Shown here piece by piece: positions 55,361-64,000 of a DNA stretch of 64,000 nt. Every line of letters begins with the position of its first letter. Within the stretch, counting starts at the first letter, position 1. Source of the DNA: a virus; the IMG/VR virus record IMGVR_UViG_3300038505_000007, positions 45,946 through 109,945 of that record; one strand, given 5' to 3'. Both the position numbers and the translations under genes were made by a program. The notes below the pieces were generated by a model, which was given only the letters and a program-made list of their open reading frames with translations, ran no database searches and was not told the origin of the DNA.

Positions 55361-57253
55361 CTACTTTTCTTCGTCTAACTTGTTAATAGTATTTGCTACT
55401 ACTTTTCCATCTATATTGTTAGCCTTTGTAGCCCCAAACTCCTTAGCAGACTCTCTTAATGACGACTGTTCTGAAGAATCTGGTGCTTGTTGTTCACCTT
55501 CACCCTGAGAGGCAGCCATTTGCTGCATCTGCATCATTTGTTCTTGCTGCTCTTGAAGAGCTTTCTTCTGCTCTTTAGCGTTTTCAATAGCTAATATAGT
55601 TTGTTGCCAAGCTAGGAAAGCACTGTCGCCTGGTATGTACGCGAGCTCTTTTCTCCTAGATGCTCCAACGTCTCCAAAAAATATCTCCCTGATCTCACCT
55701 CTTGTGTAGTTCTTCTCTACAAGAGCCCAAAATGCTTGGTTTAGAGGAAGATCCGCAGCTGGTGTCTTTAATGTAGGCCTTTGAGCGGCTGTAAGGAGGT
55801 CGTTCATACTTCTCCATACAGTCATCTCTGCTTGCATCAAAGCAACATTCGTCTGCGCCGTCTCATCTGTGTAACCTGTAAATACAAACATATATTTTTC
55901 AGCAAGCGCTGGGTCAATAGCAGGAATAATATCTGAGTTAACAAGATCTTCAATGAACATCAGGATAGGATATAAGCCTCTTTCTCTTGAGTAGGCAATC
56001 TTGTATTCGTTATTTGCCTGCTGAGAAGGAGATCTTCCTGTACCAGAAGAAAGATAATCTAAGCCTAGCTCTACCGGGTCAATCTGAAACATAGAGCAAA
56101 CAACCCGCATCAAATGGTTGTTAAAATTAATGTACTCCATCTCACGGGCAGACGCAGACATAGGAACCCACTGCACATCATCCAAGCCCGCAACAATAGG
56201 CGTCCTCCATGCATGTTGATGCCCAGATATTGAGTTATAGAACTGCCTTCTAAAAGCAGCAAGCTGGTCTTGTGTCACTGTTCCTTTTAAGTGCAATATG
56301 CCTCTTGCTGCATAACCGTGAGTAAAAAAATTAGCGTTATACGATTCAACATTTATATGGTTTGTTATATTTATGATAGCTAACTCAAGCGGGGAATAGC
56401 AGTACCCATTTAAATCTACAAAGTTCTGCGGGTTAAATAGCTTAAATATCATGTCTTCGTCGCCGAAGTACACCATCTCGTTCTTATCGTAAGAGAGCTG
56501 GACATATTTATAATAACCAATATCAGCGTCATTTAACGCGTACTCAGCCGACGGATCATTAGAGCTCTTAGGTTTAAACAATGCAGTATTATTTTTTAAT
56601 GACTGCTCTATCTGCTCTCTTGAGATATTTTTGTTCACTAGATAAACAGACTCAGCAGGAAGAGGCCTAAACCTATGTAAGCCTCCGTTTCGAGTCTTGA
56701 TCTTTTCTATAGCTACGTGCCCAAAAGTAAGAGCATCTCTCACGATGAGCTTAAGAAACTCACCAAAAAGCATCCTATCTTCAGCTGGAGTACCCTCTCG
56801 TCTGCCGCAATTATAAATAAAATCTTCTAATGCAGCTATCTCTTGCAGCTCTTCTTGCGTATACTCGCTATTCTTGTCTCTCTTGACTACCCTAAAACCA
56901 GTCTCAAATCTCCTATGCTCTGGCCTAGAAAAACGCAACAAAGTGTCTACTCTTGTTTGAATTATAGTAGACACAAGCCAGTCTCTCATAGAGACATCTT
57001 TTAATGTCTTATTGCTTAGACCTGAAAGTTTGTGCTTATATGTACCACTAACACCAGAATTATCGAAATATGGGTCCTCAATGATCGCCTTCCTACCTAC
57101 AATCTCTTTGTCATAAGGTCTCTCAGGCTCATCTGGTAAAGAGTCAGCAAGACCAGAGGAAGGAGATGGAGCAGGATATGAGTTTATCTTTTGCAGAGAT
57201 TCTTCAGAGATTTGAACCTTATTGCTCTTGAACAAGAAATCAAAAATACCCAT
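55361..57253 (-). CDS. portal protein
   Basis: Follows TerL; LRPL-like FRPLP, YSPLELA, NANFF..G...RGIL, FQIDPVELG. Confidence 0.9.
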   Translation of the reverse strand: MGIFDFLFKSNKVQISEESLQKINSYPAPSPSSGLADSLPDEPERPYDKEIVGRKAIIEDPYFDNSGVSGTYKHKLSGLSNKTLKDVSMRDWLVSTIIQTRVDTLLRFSRPEHRRFETGFRVVKRDKNSEYTQEELQEIAALEDFIYNCGRREGTPAEDRMLFGEFLKLIVRDALTFGHVAIEKIKTRNGGLHRFRPLPAESVYLVNKNISREQIEQSLKNNTALFKPKSSNDPSAEYALNDADIGYYKYVQLSYDKNEMVYFGDEDMIFKLFNPQNFVDLNGYCYSPLELAIINITNHINVESYNANFFTHGYAARGILHLKGTVTQDQLAAFRRQFYNSISGHQHAWRTPIVAGLDDVQWVPMSASAREMEYINFNNHLMRVVCSMFQIDPVELGLDYLSSGTGRSPSQQANNEYKIAYSRERGLYPILMFIEDLVNSDIIPAIDPALAEKYMFVFTGYTDETAQTNVALMQAEMTVWRSMNDLLTAAQRPTLKTPAADLPLNQAFWALVEKNYTRGEIREIFFGDVGASRRKELAYIPGDSAFLAWQQTILAIENAKEQKKALQEQQEQMMQMQQMAASQGEGEQQAPDSSEQSSLRESAKEFGATKANNIDGKVVANTINKLDEEK

Positions 57254-57295
57254 AAAACACCTCTATAGCTCAAAAAATTATACTAATAAATAAAA

Positions 57296-57670
57296 CTAGT
57301 CACCATTAGATTTAGCTATATCCAATACAACTTTTGTAAAGTTCTCGTTAATCTTGCTAGCTTTTATTAAAAACTCAGTAAAATCAATGTTATTGTTTTT
57401 TGTATATACAAAAATCTTATAAACAAGAAAATAGCTTAACTCCTCAAAAGAGGACTGATATAGAGCCACAACAAGGTCGACAATAAAATCATAAAAATCT
57501 TCTACTTCTTGTTTAGATAGACTTGTTTTGCCTGCATTTTCTAAAAAATCTAAAGCCACATACATATTTCCTGTTAAATAGGCATACCTTCTCTCATAAT
57601 CAGAGAAGAATGGCTTCTCAAAATAAGGCGGACCTATCATAGCAAAATCGAGTTTAGAAAAATTAAACAT
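57296..57670 (-). CDS. AT-rich hypothetical protein between TerL and portal
   Basis: GGAG SD before ATG 57670. Confidence 0.55.
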   Translation of the reverse strand: MFNFSKLDFAMIGPPYFEKPFFSDYERRYAYLTGNMYVALDFLENAGKTSLSKQEVEDFYDFIVDLVVALYQSSFEELSYFLVYKIFVYTKNNNIDFTEFLIKASKINENFTKVVLDIAKSNGD

Positions 57671-57686
57671 ACTGTCTCCGGTTGTC

Positions 57687-59243
57687 TTAAAAAGACCATA
57701 TAAATCCACCACTGTTGTTAGGATCAGAGCCTGGATCTTCGTCTCTGTCTATATCAGAGATTTTACCTATTTTTCCTAAATTATTAGGCGTGCCGTCAGC
57801 AACTGAAGGCACATCATTATTGTTTATAGGTATACCCATAGCTTCTGCAAACTCTACTGGAGTTGGAGCCTTAGTAAAGGCAACCCCAGAAGAGTCTCTA
57901 AGACCATAAGTAGAGTCATATGTAAGAGCATCCCCTAAGATAATCGTAGACTTACCTAATATCAATGTTATTGCGTAACGGAGAGCATCTATCCAGTGGT
58001 CGTGCTCTGTGTCTGGCTCATCTGTAGCAAGCCCAGAAGCATCTAGTTTATAGTGATACTGACTCATCTCTGCTATTATATGAGAGCAGGTCTCTTTTGC
58101 AAACACAAGCTTAGGTTCAGAAGAGATAGGAGACTTTAGTAGCTTTCTTATTATCTGGATACCAAACTTAATAGGCTCTTTCTTTGCAGAGTTAGATACA
58201 GGAAGACCAGCTTTTTGCATCTCCATTATAGAGCCCTGATCTGCCTGGTCAGGCACGTATAACTGTATCCTATATTTGTTATGATACTTTGTTTTTATGT
58301 AGTGAATCCAAGTAGGAGCAGAAACATGTGTCATACCGTCAGTCTTAACTACATAAACATTATCTTTCTTGTCTATAAAGAATATCACTATGGTATTTGG
58401 AGAGCTAAATCCCCAGTCAATACCAGCAAATGCCTGAAGACCCATAGAGTGGCATTTTGCGACGAAGATGTCATGTGTGCACTCTCCTGGGAACTCCTGA
58501 CCTGTCAGCATAAGCCACATCTGGTTCCACGTCTTTACATGGAGTCTTTCTTCGAACTCTCTAAATATAATCCCCTCAATTGAAGGCTTTAGATTAACAA
58601 GCTGAGCTAAAGACCAATCTGGTCCCTCTGCGACAGCTTTTTGAATAACTTCATCTAGAGTCTTAAGCATGTTAGAAGTAGAGGTTTGCTTTTTAGCATC
58701 TGTTAAACAAATGGGAAAAATAGGACAATTAGCACAACCTGAAAAACCTTCTTGAGCCATATATTCTTTTTGCTTATTTGGATCTTTTTTAAGATACTGC
58801 TCTTCTGTAAGTGTCTCCATTCTTTCTTGGTTGTAGTACAGCATTACTTTTTCTGTGCCAGATCTCTCGTCTGTGCATCTCTCTGTAAACTCAAATACAG
58901 TCCATCTCCTAACTGTTCTTCTTTCTTTCTCAGCGTTCTCTATCTGCTTGTTCATCAGACCAAATGTAGACTTTCTAGTAGAGATACCAACACGAAGGGC
59001 CTTCTTGTCACCCCTAGAGTCGAGCATACCTGATATTTCTTTAAAAGCCTTCTTGCCTTCTCCGCTAACTGTATCTATCTCGTCTACTACTACTAGAGGA
59101 GCATGGGGACCATTACAATTATGGTGAATAGTCCCGTCTTGAGTCTTAAAACTATGCTTAAAATCATTATCAGCATTGGAGTCTACTTCCAAAACTGATA
59201 CAGGTTTTGCTCCTAATAAAGTCTTTAACTTTACTTTAGCCAT
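57687..59243 (-). CDS. terL: terminase large subunit C-terminal part, preceded by split intein C-half
   Basis: 42-aa IntC ending HHN then Cys+1; Walker B VVVDEID, ISTRK, nuclease GIDWG and HWIDALRY. Confidence 0.92.
   Translation of the reverse strand: MAKVKLKTLLGAKPVSVLEVDSNADNDFKHSFKTQDGTIHHNCNGPHAPLVVVDEIDTVSGEGKKAFKEISGMLDSRGDKKALRVGISTRKSTFGLMNKQIENAEKERRTVRRWTVFEFTERCTDERSGTEKVMLYYNQERMETLTEEQYLKKDPNKQKEYMAQEGFSGCANCPIFPICLTDAKKQTSTSNMLKTLDEVIQKAVAEGPDWSLAQLVNLKPSIEGIIFREFEERLHVKTWNQMWLMLTGQEFPGECTHDIFVAKCHSMGLQAFAGIDWGFSSPNTIVIFFIDKKDNVYVVKTDGMTHVSAPTWIHYIKTKYHNKYRIQLYVPDQADQGSIMEMQKAGLPVSNSAKKEPIKFGIQIIRKLLKSPISSEPKLVFAKETCSHIIAEMSQYHYKLDASGLATDEPDTEHDHWIDALRYAITLILGKSTIILGDALTYDSTYGLRDSSGVAFTKAPTPVEFAEAMGIPINNNDVPSVADGTPNNLGKIGKISDIDRDEDPGSDPNNSGGFIWSF
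59118..59243 (-). other. split intein C-fragment (42 aa)
   Basis: MAKVKLKTLLGAKPVSVLEV...KHSFKTQDGTIHHN|C. Confidence 0.88.
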
Positions 59244-59249
59244 ATGCCG

Positions 59250-59993
59250 TTATCTGTTTAATCCTATAACTTGTAGCATAGAAAACACAGGAGCGCCAAA
59301 GAAACTAACAGCAGTGGTGCTTATTGATATATTAACTCCAATTACAACATCGTCGGCGACATTGTTAGTGTCTTTTAAATCATAAGTTGTCATTATAGGC
59401 CCCCCGCTCATGCCGCTAAATATGGAAGACCCTTGCATGCTTAGATTGTTCCAAACAGGCCCTACGTACATAGCATAAACACATCTAAGAATCCCGCCAA
59501 AAGGATAGCCGCATGACCTAATTGGCATTGGTTGCGCAGGAAAGTTTGGCAAATTATTTCCATATAAATCTAATCTCAAAGAATCAAAATTGCTAAAATC
59601 ACCTCTTATAAAAGCTATATCGTTAACGGCGCTAAAAGCAACAACATGCGCTACACCTGACTCAGAAAAATCATGAGAAGCAAAATATAAAGTGTTAGGC
59701 TCCTTCTTCATAGAAAGAAGATTATGCCTAAAACTTAAGCAATGAGCAGCTGTGACTGCCATATTTTTTGAAACAACAAAACCAGAGCAGGTAGTAATAA
59801 AACTCTTGTCTGACTGTAACAACCTAATAAATGGATATTTTTTAGTAGGCCGATCTAATCTCATTAATAATGAATGTGGCTGTAGGTCTTGTCTATCTAT
59901 GTTTGCCATCTTATACAATGGGTCAGTAAATAATAGTAAATACCCACACCCTACAACTAGTACCAATAAAAGCGTTCTTAAAAACAATCCCAT
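59250..59993 (-). CDS. membrane-anchored/exported trypsin-like (S1) serine protease
   Basis: N-terminal hydrophobic helix; CSG..VTAAHC (His), NDIAF (Asp), GMSGGP (Ser). Confidence 0.9.
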   Translation of the reverse strand: MGLFLRTLLLVLVVGCGYLLLFTDPLYKMANIDRQDLQPHSLLMRLDRPTKKYPFIRLLQSDKSFITTCSGFVVSKNMAVTAAHCLSFRHNLLSMKKEPNTLYFASHDFSESGVAHVVAFSAVNDIAFIRGDFSNFDSLRLDLYGNNLPNFPAQPMPIRSCGYPFGGILRCVYAMYVGPVWNNLSMQGSSIFSGMSGGPIMTTYDLKDTNNVADDVVIGVNISISTTAVSFFGAPVFSMLQVIGLNR

Positions 59994-60000
59994 AAAAACC

Positions 60001-60789
60001 TCACAAAACTTCGTGTTCTTCAGTTAAGTCTTTTAACTCTACCCATCCTTTATTTGTGTATACCTTATGATCTAAGGTGCCCTCTATTGTTCTACCGTCA
60101 TCTAACTCCACTCTAATACACGGTCTATAATCTATGTAATTCGAAACAACCCTAGCTTCTCCTTGAGCAGACTCAACAATGTCGTCTTTTTTAAGATCGC
60201 GCACCTTGACAGATCGCCCGTCTTTCAACTTAACTAAAGAATCCACGGTTAGACAGGCTTTTAGTGTCATCGGGAGAACCTCAAGGGTTACTTTTTCACC
60301 TCCTAGGTTAAACACTGTTTTAGACATGTTTGACTTCTCTAGTATCCTCTTTTCCTCAGGCACATCCTCTGGAGCAACAATTTCTTGTATGTGTTTCTTA
60401 AACAAGAAGTTTTTTTGATAGTTATAGCAACGCTCAGCCTGGCTTAGAATTGCACCCACATGAACTACATCTCTTTGGTCATGAAGAAGGACCATAAGCT
60501 CCGCCACAGCCATACCTAAGGTCTTTCCGGATCCCCTTCCTGCGACAAACAATAGCTCTTGAATCTTTTGTGGGTTGTTCTTTAGGACACAGATCGAATA
60601 AACCTCCCATATAACATCTAGCGGGTTTGTGTCGCTATATCTAGACACAGTTACATCTGGAAGGTCTAGATCAAGAAAATACTTAATCCAAGCTTTTAGC
60701 TCTTTCTTAGTCTTACATGGTTTAAGAAAAAGCTCTCTCTTCTCTTCTAAAGTAAGAGTCTTCTTTTTCTCATTACTCTTTTGAGCCAT
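60001..60789 (-). CDS. terL: terminase large subunit N-terminal part, ending in split intein N-half
   Basis: Walker A AGRGSGKT, QAE.C; then CLTVDS...TLDH...GWVELKDL and stop. Confidence 0.92.
   Translation of the reverse strand: MAQKSNEKKKTLTLEEKRELFLKPCKTKKELKAWIKYFLDLDLPDVTVSRYSDTNPLDVIWEVYSICVLKNNPQKIQELLFVAGRGSGKTLGMAVAELMVLLHDQRDVVHVGAILSQAERCYNYQKNFLFKKHIQEIVAPEDVPEEKRILEKSNMSKTVFNLGGEKVTLEVLPMTLKACLTVDSLVKLKDGRSVKVRDLKKDDIVESAQGEARVVSNYIDYRPCIRVELDDGRTIEGTLDHKVYTNKGWVELKDLTEEHEVL
60004..60255 (-). other. split intein N-fragment (84 aa)
   Basis: Cys1 block A CLTVDSLV, block B TLDH, GW..KDL, acidic C-terminal end. Confidence 0.9.
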
Positions 60790-60810
60790 AAGAGTATTTA
60801 TACTAAACTA

Positions 60811-61500
60811 TTACTCTTCTACGATATCAATTATAGAGAGCTCTTTGTTTTCTAATTGCGAGCTCTTGTTTTCTGAGCTAGACTGTTGGTTGCTGCCTTC
60901 TTTAGCTGGAGATATATCTTTTATCTCCTGTTTTTGCTCATAAGAGATGCCCTTTTTCTGACTCTTATTAGAGAGTTGTTTAGGAGCATCAGGTGTTTTA
61001 TAGTTGTTTACTACGTTTGAAATGTTGTTAACTGTCCTACTTAGGGTCTCGACTACTTCCTTATATTCTTTAATTGACTCTATCCTTAATTTAGGCTTGG
61101 GATTGTTTTTAGGATCTAATACGTAATTCTGCATCTCAGTTACGTGCTCAGCTGTAGCCACAGAGAGTAAGGAAGTCAAGAAGTCGAGCTGATCTACTAC
61201 AGACTTTACTAGCTTTGCTTTAACTCGCTCTTGTATTGAGCTCTGTATCCTTTCTCTATCATAGGCCCAGCCTTTTATAGCAGCCGTGAGGGCTATCTGT
61301 CCAAAAGAGTATTGCGGGAACTGAATAGAGAGTCTATAAAGAGACTCTCCTAATAAATACATCTCATAAAGCTTAGACGCCTCATGGTCTGGGATAATAG
61401 ACTTAGTCTTATATTTTCTTAAGAAACGCTGAGCGTGAATTATCTCGTCTTCCGAGAGTCCATATCGCTGCTTATCTGTTAACTTTCTTTTGTCTCCCAT
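60811..61500 (-). CDS. putative terminase small subunit
   Basis: Directly upstream of TerL; helical N-terminus, GW..DR motif, coiled-coil. Confidence 0.55.
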   Translation of the reverse strand: MGDKRKLTDKQRYGLSEDEIIHAQRFLRKYKTKSIIPDHEASKLYEMYLLGESLYRLSIQFPQYSFGQIALTAAIKGWAYDRERIQSSIQERVKAKLVKSVVDQLDFLTSLLSVATAEHVTEMQNYVLDPKNNPKPKLRIESIKEYKEVVETLSRTVNNISNVVNNYKTPDAPKQLSNKSQKKGISYEQKQEIKDISPAKEGSNQQSSSENKSSQLENKELSIIDIVEE

Positions 61501-61867
61501 GGAGATCCCTCCAAAAGGACTTATTCTTTACAGCCATCATTGCTGCCCTTAACTTTGCATCATCTATATTATACTTAGAACTTATATCTTGTATAGATAA
61601 GCCCAAATATATTAAAGAGACTAGCCACCTCCCCACTGGGGATAAGTTCTTCTCTATAGTCTCCTTTATAGAGAGAGCATCCATATTAGATAAAACAGTA
61701 TTTATTTTTAAAATAAATGTCTTTTCTTGTTCTATCCTGCTTTTTATGATATTTAATATATAACAAGCAGCATAACTTGGATCGTTTTGCAGTAAGAAAG
61801 CATGGGCCTCGTCTTCTAAGACGTCAAAATCACTACTAGACAAAACTAATCTTTTCTGGCCCTTCAT
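61472..61867 (-). CDS. hypothetical protein with sigma-4/LuxR-like HTH
   Basis: LSPVGRWLVSLIYLGLSIQDISSKYNI. Confidence 0.5.
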   Translation of the reverse strand: MKGQKRLVLSSSDFDVLEDEAHAFLLQNDPSYAACYILNIIKSRIEQEKTFILKINTVLSNMDALSIKETIEKNLSPVGRWLVSLIYLGLSIQDISSKYNIDDAKLRAAMMAVKNKSFWRDLHGRQKKVNR

Positions 61868-62294
61868 TATTTTCTATTCTACCATAGCTGCTAATATGCA
61901 TGAACCTCAAAGATGCCTTCCATGAAGGACCAAGAGTAAGGGCAAGATTATTATTTAGCATATCCTCGTGGCCATCTATGTCTTCAAACACTCTCAAGCG
62001 CTTACATAGAAGATAATACAACACCTTGTTAGATCTTAACTTTTTAGCAACACGATACCTAAACATAGTGATAGAGTCAGTATAGATCACGTAATCTATC
62101 ATCTTAGACTTGAAGTTTATGTCAAGAGATATAGCCAATATCTTGGTATCAATAACAGTGGCTAGCACAAAAAGATCATTCTTTATGCTATCTGTTATTA
62201 AGTTATTGTTAATAAGCCACCTTCTGCTGTCTACATATTGATCTGGAGACACTGTCTTTCCATTACTAAGGACTATCTTAAAATCTTTGCTCAT
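61836..62294 (-). CDS. hypothetical protein
   Basis: AGGAG SD. Confidence 0.7.
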   Translation of the reverse strand: MSKDFKIVLSNGKTVSPDQYVDSRRWLINNNLITDSIKNDLFVLATVIDTKILAISLDINFKSKMIDYVIYTDSITMFRYRVAKKLRSNKVLYYLLCKRLRVFEDIDGHEDMLNNNLALTLGPSWKASLRFMHISSYGRIENNEGPEKISFV

Positions 62295-62315
62295 AAAGAT
62301 CTCCTAGCAATATTT

Positions 62316-63338
62316 TTATACATCGAGCTTAAAATCTATAGCGCTAAGAGCTAATCGTTTTAACACATCCTTGTCTAGGGAGCCAGAGTAGACCTTTTCT
62401 ATATACTCTTCTATAATAGACCCTATACTAACAGCGCTGATCTGTGTGTTCTTCTTCTCTTTATCTAAGAACGTTGTCTTAACAGATATCCTCTTTTGTG
62501 AGGCAGCGTCCTTATACTGTTTTGAAGAAAGATACGACAATATCTCTGCTTTTGGCCCAGAAATATATAAAACCCAACTATTAAAAGTATCCACACTCTT
62601 AGATAAGACATCAGTTATGTGGTCAAAATCTTGAGTAGATGATACAGTGAACCTCAAAGAACGCCACATAGGAAGCGGCGACTCAATAAAGCTAAACTTT
62701 CTAGTAATTGTGTCATAAATATGGATGCCCTTGATCTGGTCTATATCAGAAGCATCTTGAGCATAAGGTGTTCCAACATAAAAAACTTTAGAATTACTCT
62801 TCTCAGAGAAGAGCTCATGTTTCTTATGTATATGCCCTGAAATTATTAACTTATTCTCACCCACAGTATCTAAATCTACTCCCGTAGACGCAACAGCATG
62901 CCCATAGTCTGCTCCTATAAACCCCTGATGGGCAACACACACATCTGTGGTTATTTTTGGAAACTCTAAATCGTTGTGTATATACGGGACATAAGTGATT
63001 CCATCTATCACTCTTGGTGAGTCTACTACTATGAAATGTTTTCTAGTATCCTTTATGTGCTTAAGAGCATGATATGTATCATCGTTAGGCTTATACATGT
63101 CATGGTTGCCTAGCACGTACACGTACTGTGCCTTACATAAGATCCTATCAACGCTATCAAAAAATTCAGTAAGTATCTCTGACCTCAACACAGCGTGAGT
63201 ATCAAAAGTGTCGCCTAGATTAACAACTAAATCAGGCTTATACTGGTCTACTACAGACTCTATCCAGTTGTTGAAATCTTTAACAAGAGAGAGTCTGCTA
63301 ATTTTTAGATGAGGATCTCCTATAAAAAGAATCTTCAT
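62316..63338 (-). CDS. Mre11/SbcD-like metallophosphoesterase nuclease
   Basis: GDPH, LGDTFD, GNHD, GHIH motifs. Confidence 0.88.
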   Translation of the reverse strand: MKILFIGDPHLKISRLSLVKDFNNWIESVVDQYKPDLVVNLGDTFDTHAVLRSEILTEFFDSVDRILCKAQYVYVLGNHDMYKPNDDTYHALKHIKDTRKHFIVVDSPRVIDGITYVPYIHNDLEFPKITTDVCVAHQGFIGADYGHAVASTGVDLDTVGENKLIISGHIHKKHELFSEKSNSKVFYVGTPYAQDASDIDQIKGIHIYDTITRKFSFIESPLPMWRSLRFTVSSTQDFDHITDVLSKSVDTFNSWVLYISGPKAEILSYLSSKQYKDAASQKRISVKTTFLDKEKKNTQISAVSIGSIIEEYIEKVYSGSLDKDVLKRLALSAIDFKLDV

Positions 63339-63342
63339 ATTA

Positions 63343-63966
63343 TTAACCCGGTTTAACTCCGCTCTTAAGAACTATCTCACATATATGATCTAATCTCTCT
63401 ATATGCTCCCAAGCAGACCAAGGGTCCCTAGCTACAGCGCATACGCCGTGGCCTTTTTGACCAACAATATCATGAAACTTCTTGCCATTAGTTGGCTTAT
63501 TGCCGTCTAAACCAAACAGCCTAAAATGAGTCTCCTTACCAAGGAGCTCAGTGGTTACTGGAATAACTGGAACCGTAGAGCCAACGGAAGTATACCTACC
63601 TAGTTCGGGGAACTCTCTAGCGAGAGACACTAAATCCCATCCAGCGTGCATAGCCGCAACAACGTGAGTAGGATGCATGTGAACTATCGACAAAGTCTGG
63701 TCAGCATCTCTATGTATAAAATAATGCATCCATATCTCGCCAGATGGTTTTTTGCTTTTGTCAAAATCTATACCAGACTCAGTCATCGTTATCTTAACAA
63801 TATCCTCTACTCTCAAGACGTTCTTTCTTTCACCTGAAGGTGTTATATGTATAAGCTTACTACCGTTCCTATGAAAAGATGCATTTCCATCTCTAGTAGT
63901 TATAAAGCCGCGACTATATCCCTTCTCCATCACATCGCACAACTCTTTTAACACAAAATCCTCCAA
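63343..63966 (-). CDS. class II aldolase/adducin family protein
   Basis: DGNAS, TPSG, PSGE...MH, HMHP, GHG zinc/phosphate motifs; TTG start. Confidence 0.88.
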   Translation of the reverse strand: MEDFVLKELCDVMEKGYSRGFITTRDGNASFHRNGSKLIHITPSGERKNVLRVEDIVKITMTESGIDFDKSKKPSGEIWMHYFIHRDADQTLSIVHMHPTHVVAAMHAGWDLVSLAREFPELGRYTSVGSTVPVIPVTTELLGKETHFRLFGLDGNKPTNGKKFHDIVGQKGHGVCAVARDPWSAWEHIERLDHICEIVLKSGVKPG

Positions 63967-64000
63967 CTAAATATCAATATCTAGGTCTAGATCTTTATCT

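Noticed and set aside
59244-60003. Group I/II intron or single contiguous intein explaining the TerL interruption
   Set aside because: The gap is fully occupied by a protease ORF with 6-7 nt spacers. IntN and the protease are in different frames, the protease has its own signal sequence, and IntC has its own ATG.
11716-60802. T4-type late promoter TATAAATA (11716, near 16034, 60802)
   Set aside because: An all-A/T 8-mer is expected several times by chance at this composition, and only the TerL copy precedes a late gene.
1-64000. Stop-codon reassignment (alternative genetic code)
   Set aside because: Conserved genes (nrdAB, thyX, portal, MCP, ligase) are full length in code 11, and TAA, TAG and TGA all end genes.
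1-64000. CRISPR array, diversity-generating retroelement, retron or rRNA
   Set aside because: No regularly spaced repeats, reverse transcriptase motifs, TR/VR pair or rRNA-like segment seen by eye.

Overview
64 kb segment of a large, AT-rich dsDNA tailed phage (Caudoviricetes), standard genetic code, near-continuous coding. The left half (1-31 kb, mostly + strand) holds small unknown genes, a MoxR AAA+/VWA pair, an envelope-protein island (Cys/Gly lipoprotein paralogues, OmpA-domain protein), a tRNA(CAT), and nucleotide/DNA metabolism genes (nrdAB, thyX, a dCMP-hydroxymethylase-like TS homologue, a degenerate ThyX paralogue, dCMP deaminase, ATP-dependent ligase, RNase H). It also carries two ClpP paralogues, a subtilase and Hsp20. 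The right half (32.5-64 kb, - strand) is the packaging/head module (TerS, TerL, portal, prohead protease, scaffold, major capsid, head-associated and fibre-like proteins) plus two dNMP kinases, nucleases and a class II aldolase. A decayed IS200/IS605 tnpB element sits where the halves converge. Highlights: (1) the large terminase is fractured into two genes carrying complementary halves of a split intein, with an exported trypsin-like protease gene between them; (2) the prohead protease is fused to a lytic transglycosylase and to a 22/28-identical copy of the capsid N-arm; (3) a cytosine-modification candidate is coupled to a catalytically dead ThyX; (4) sigma-70 domains 2 and 4 occur only as separate modules, alongside leaderless -10 promoters and a second phage-specific upstream motif. 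All functional calls come from motif recognition by eye; no database searches were run.
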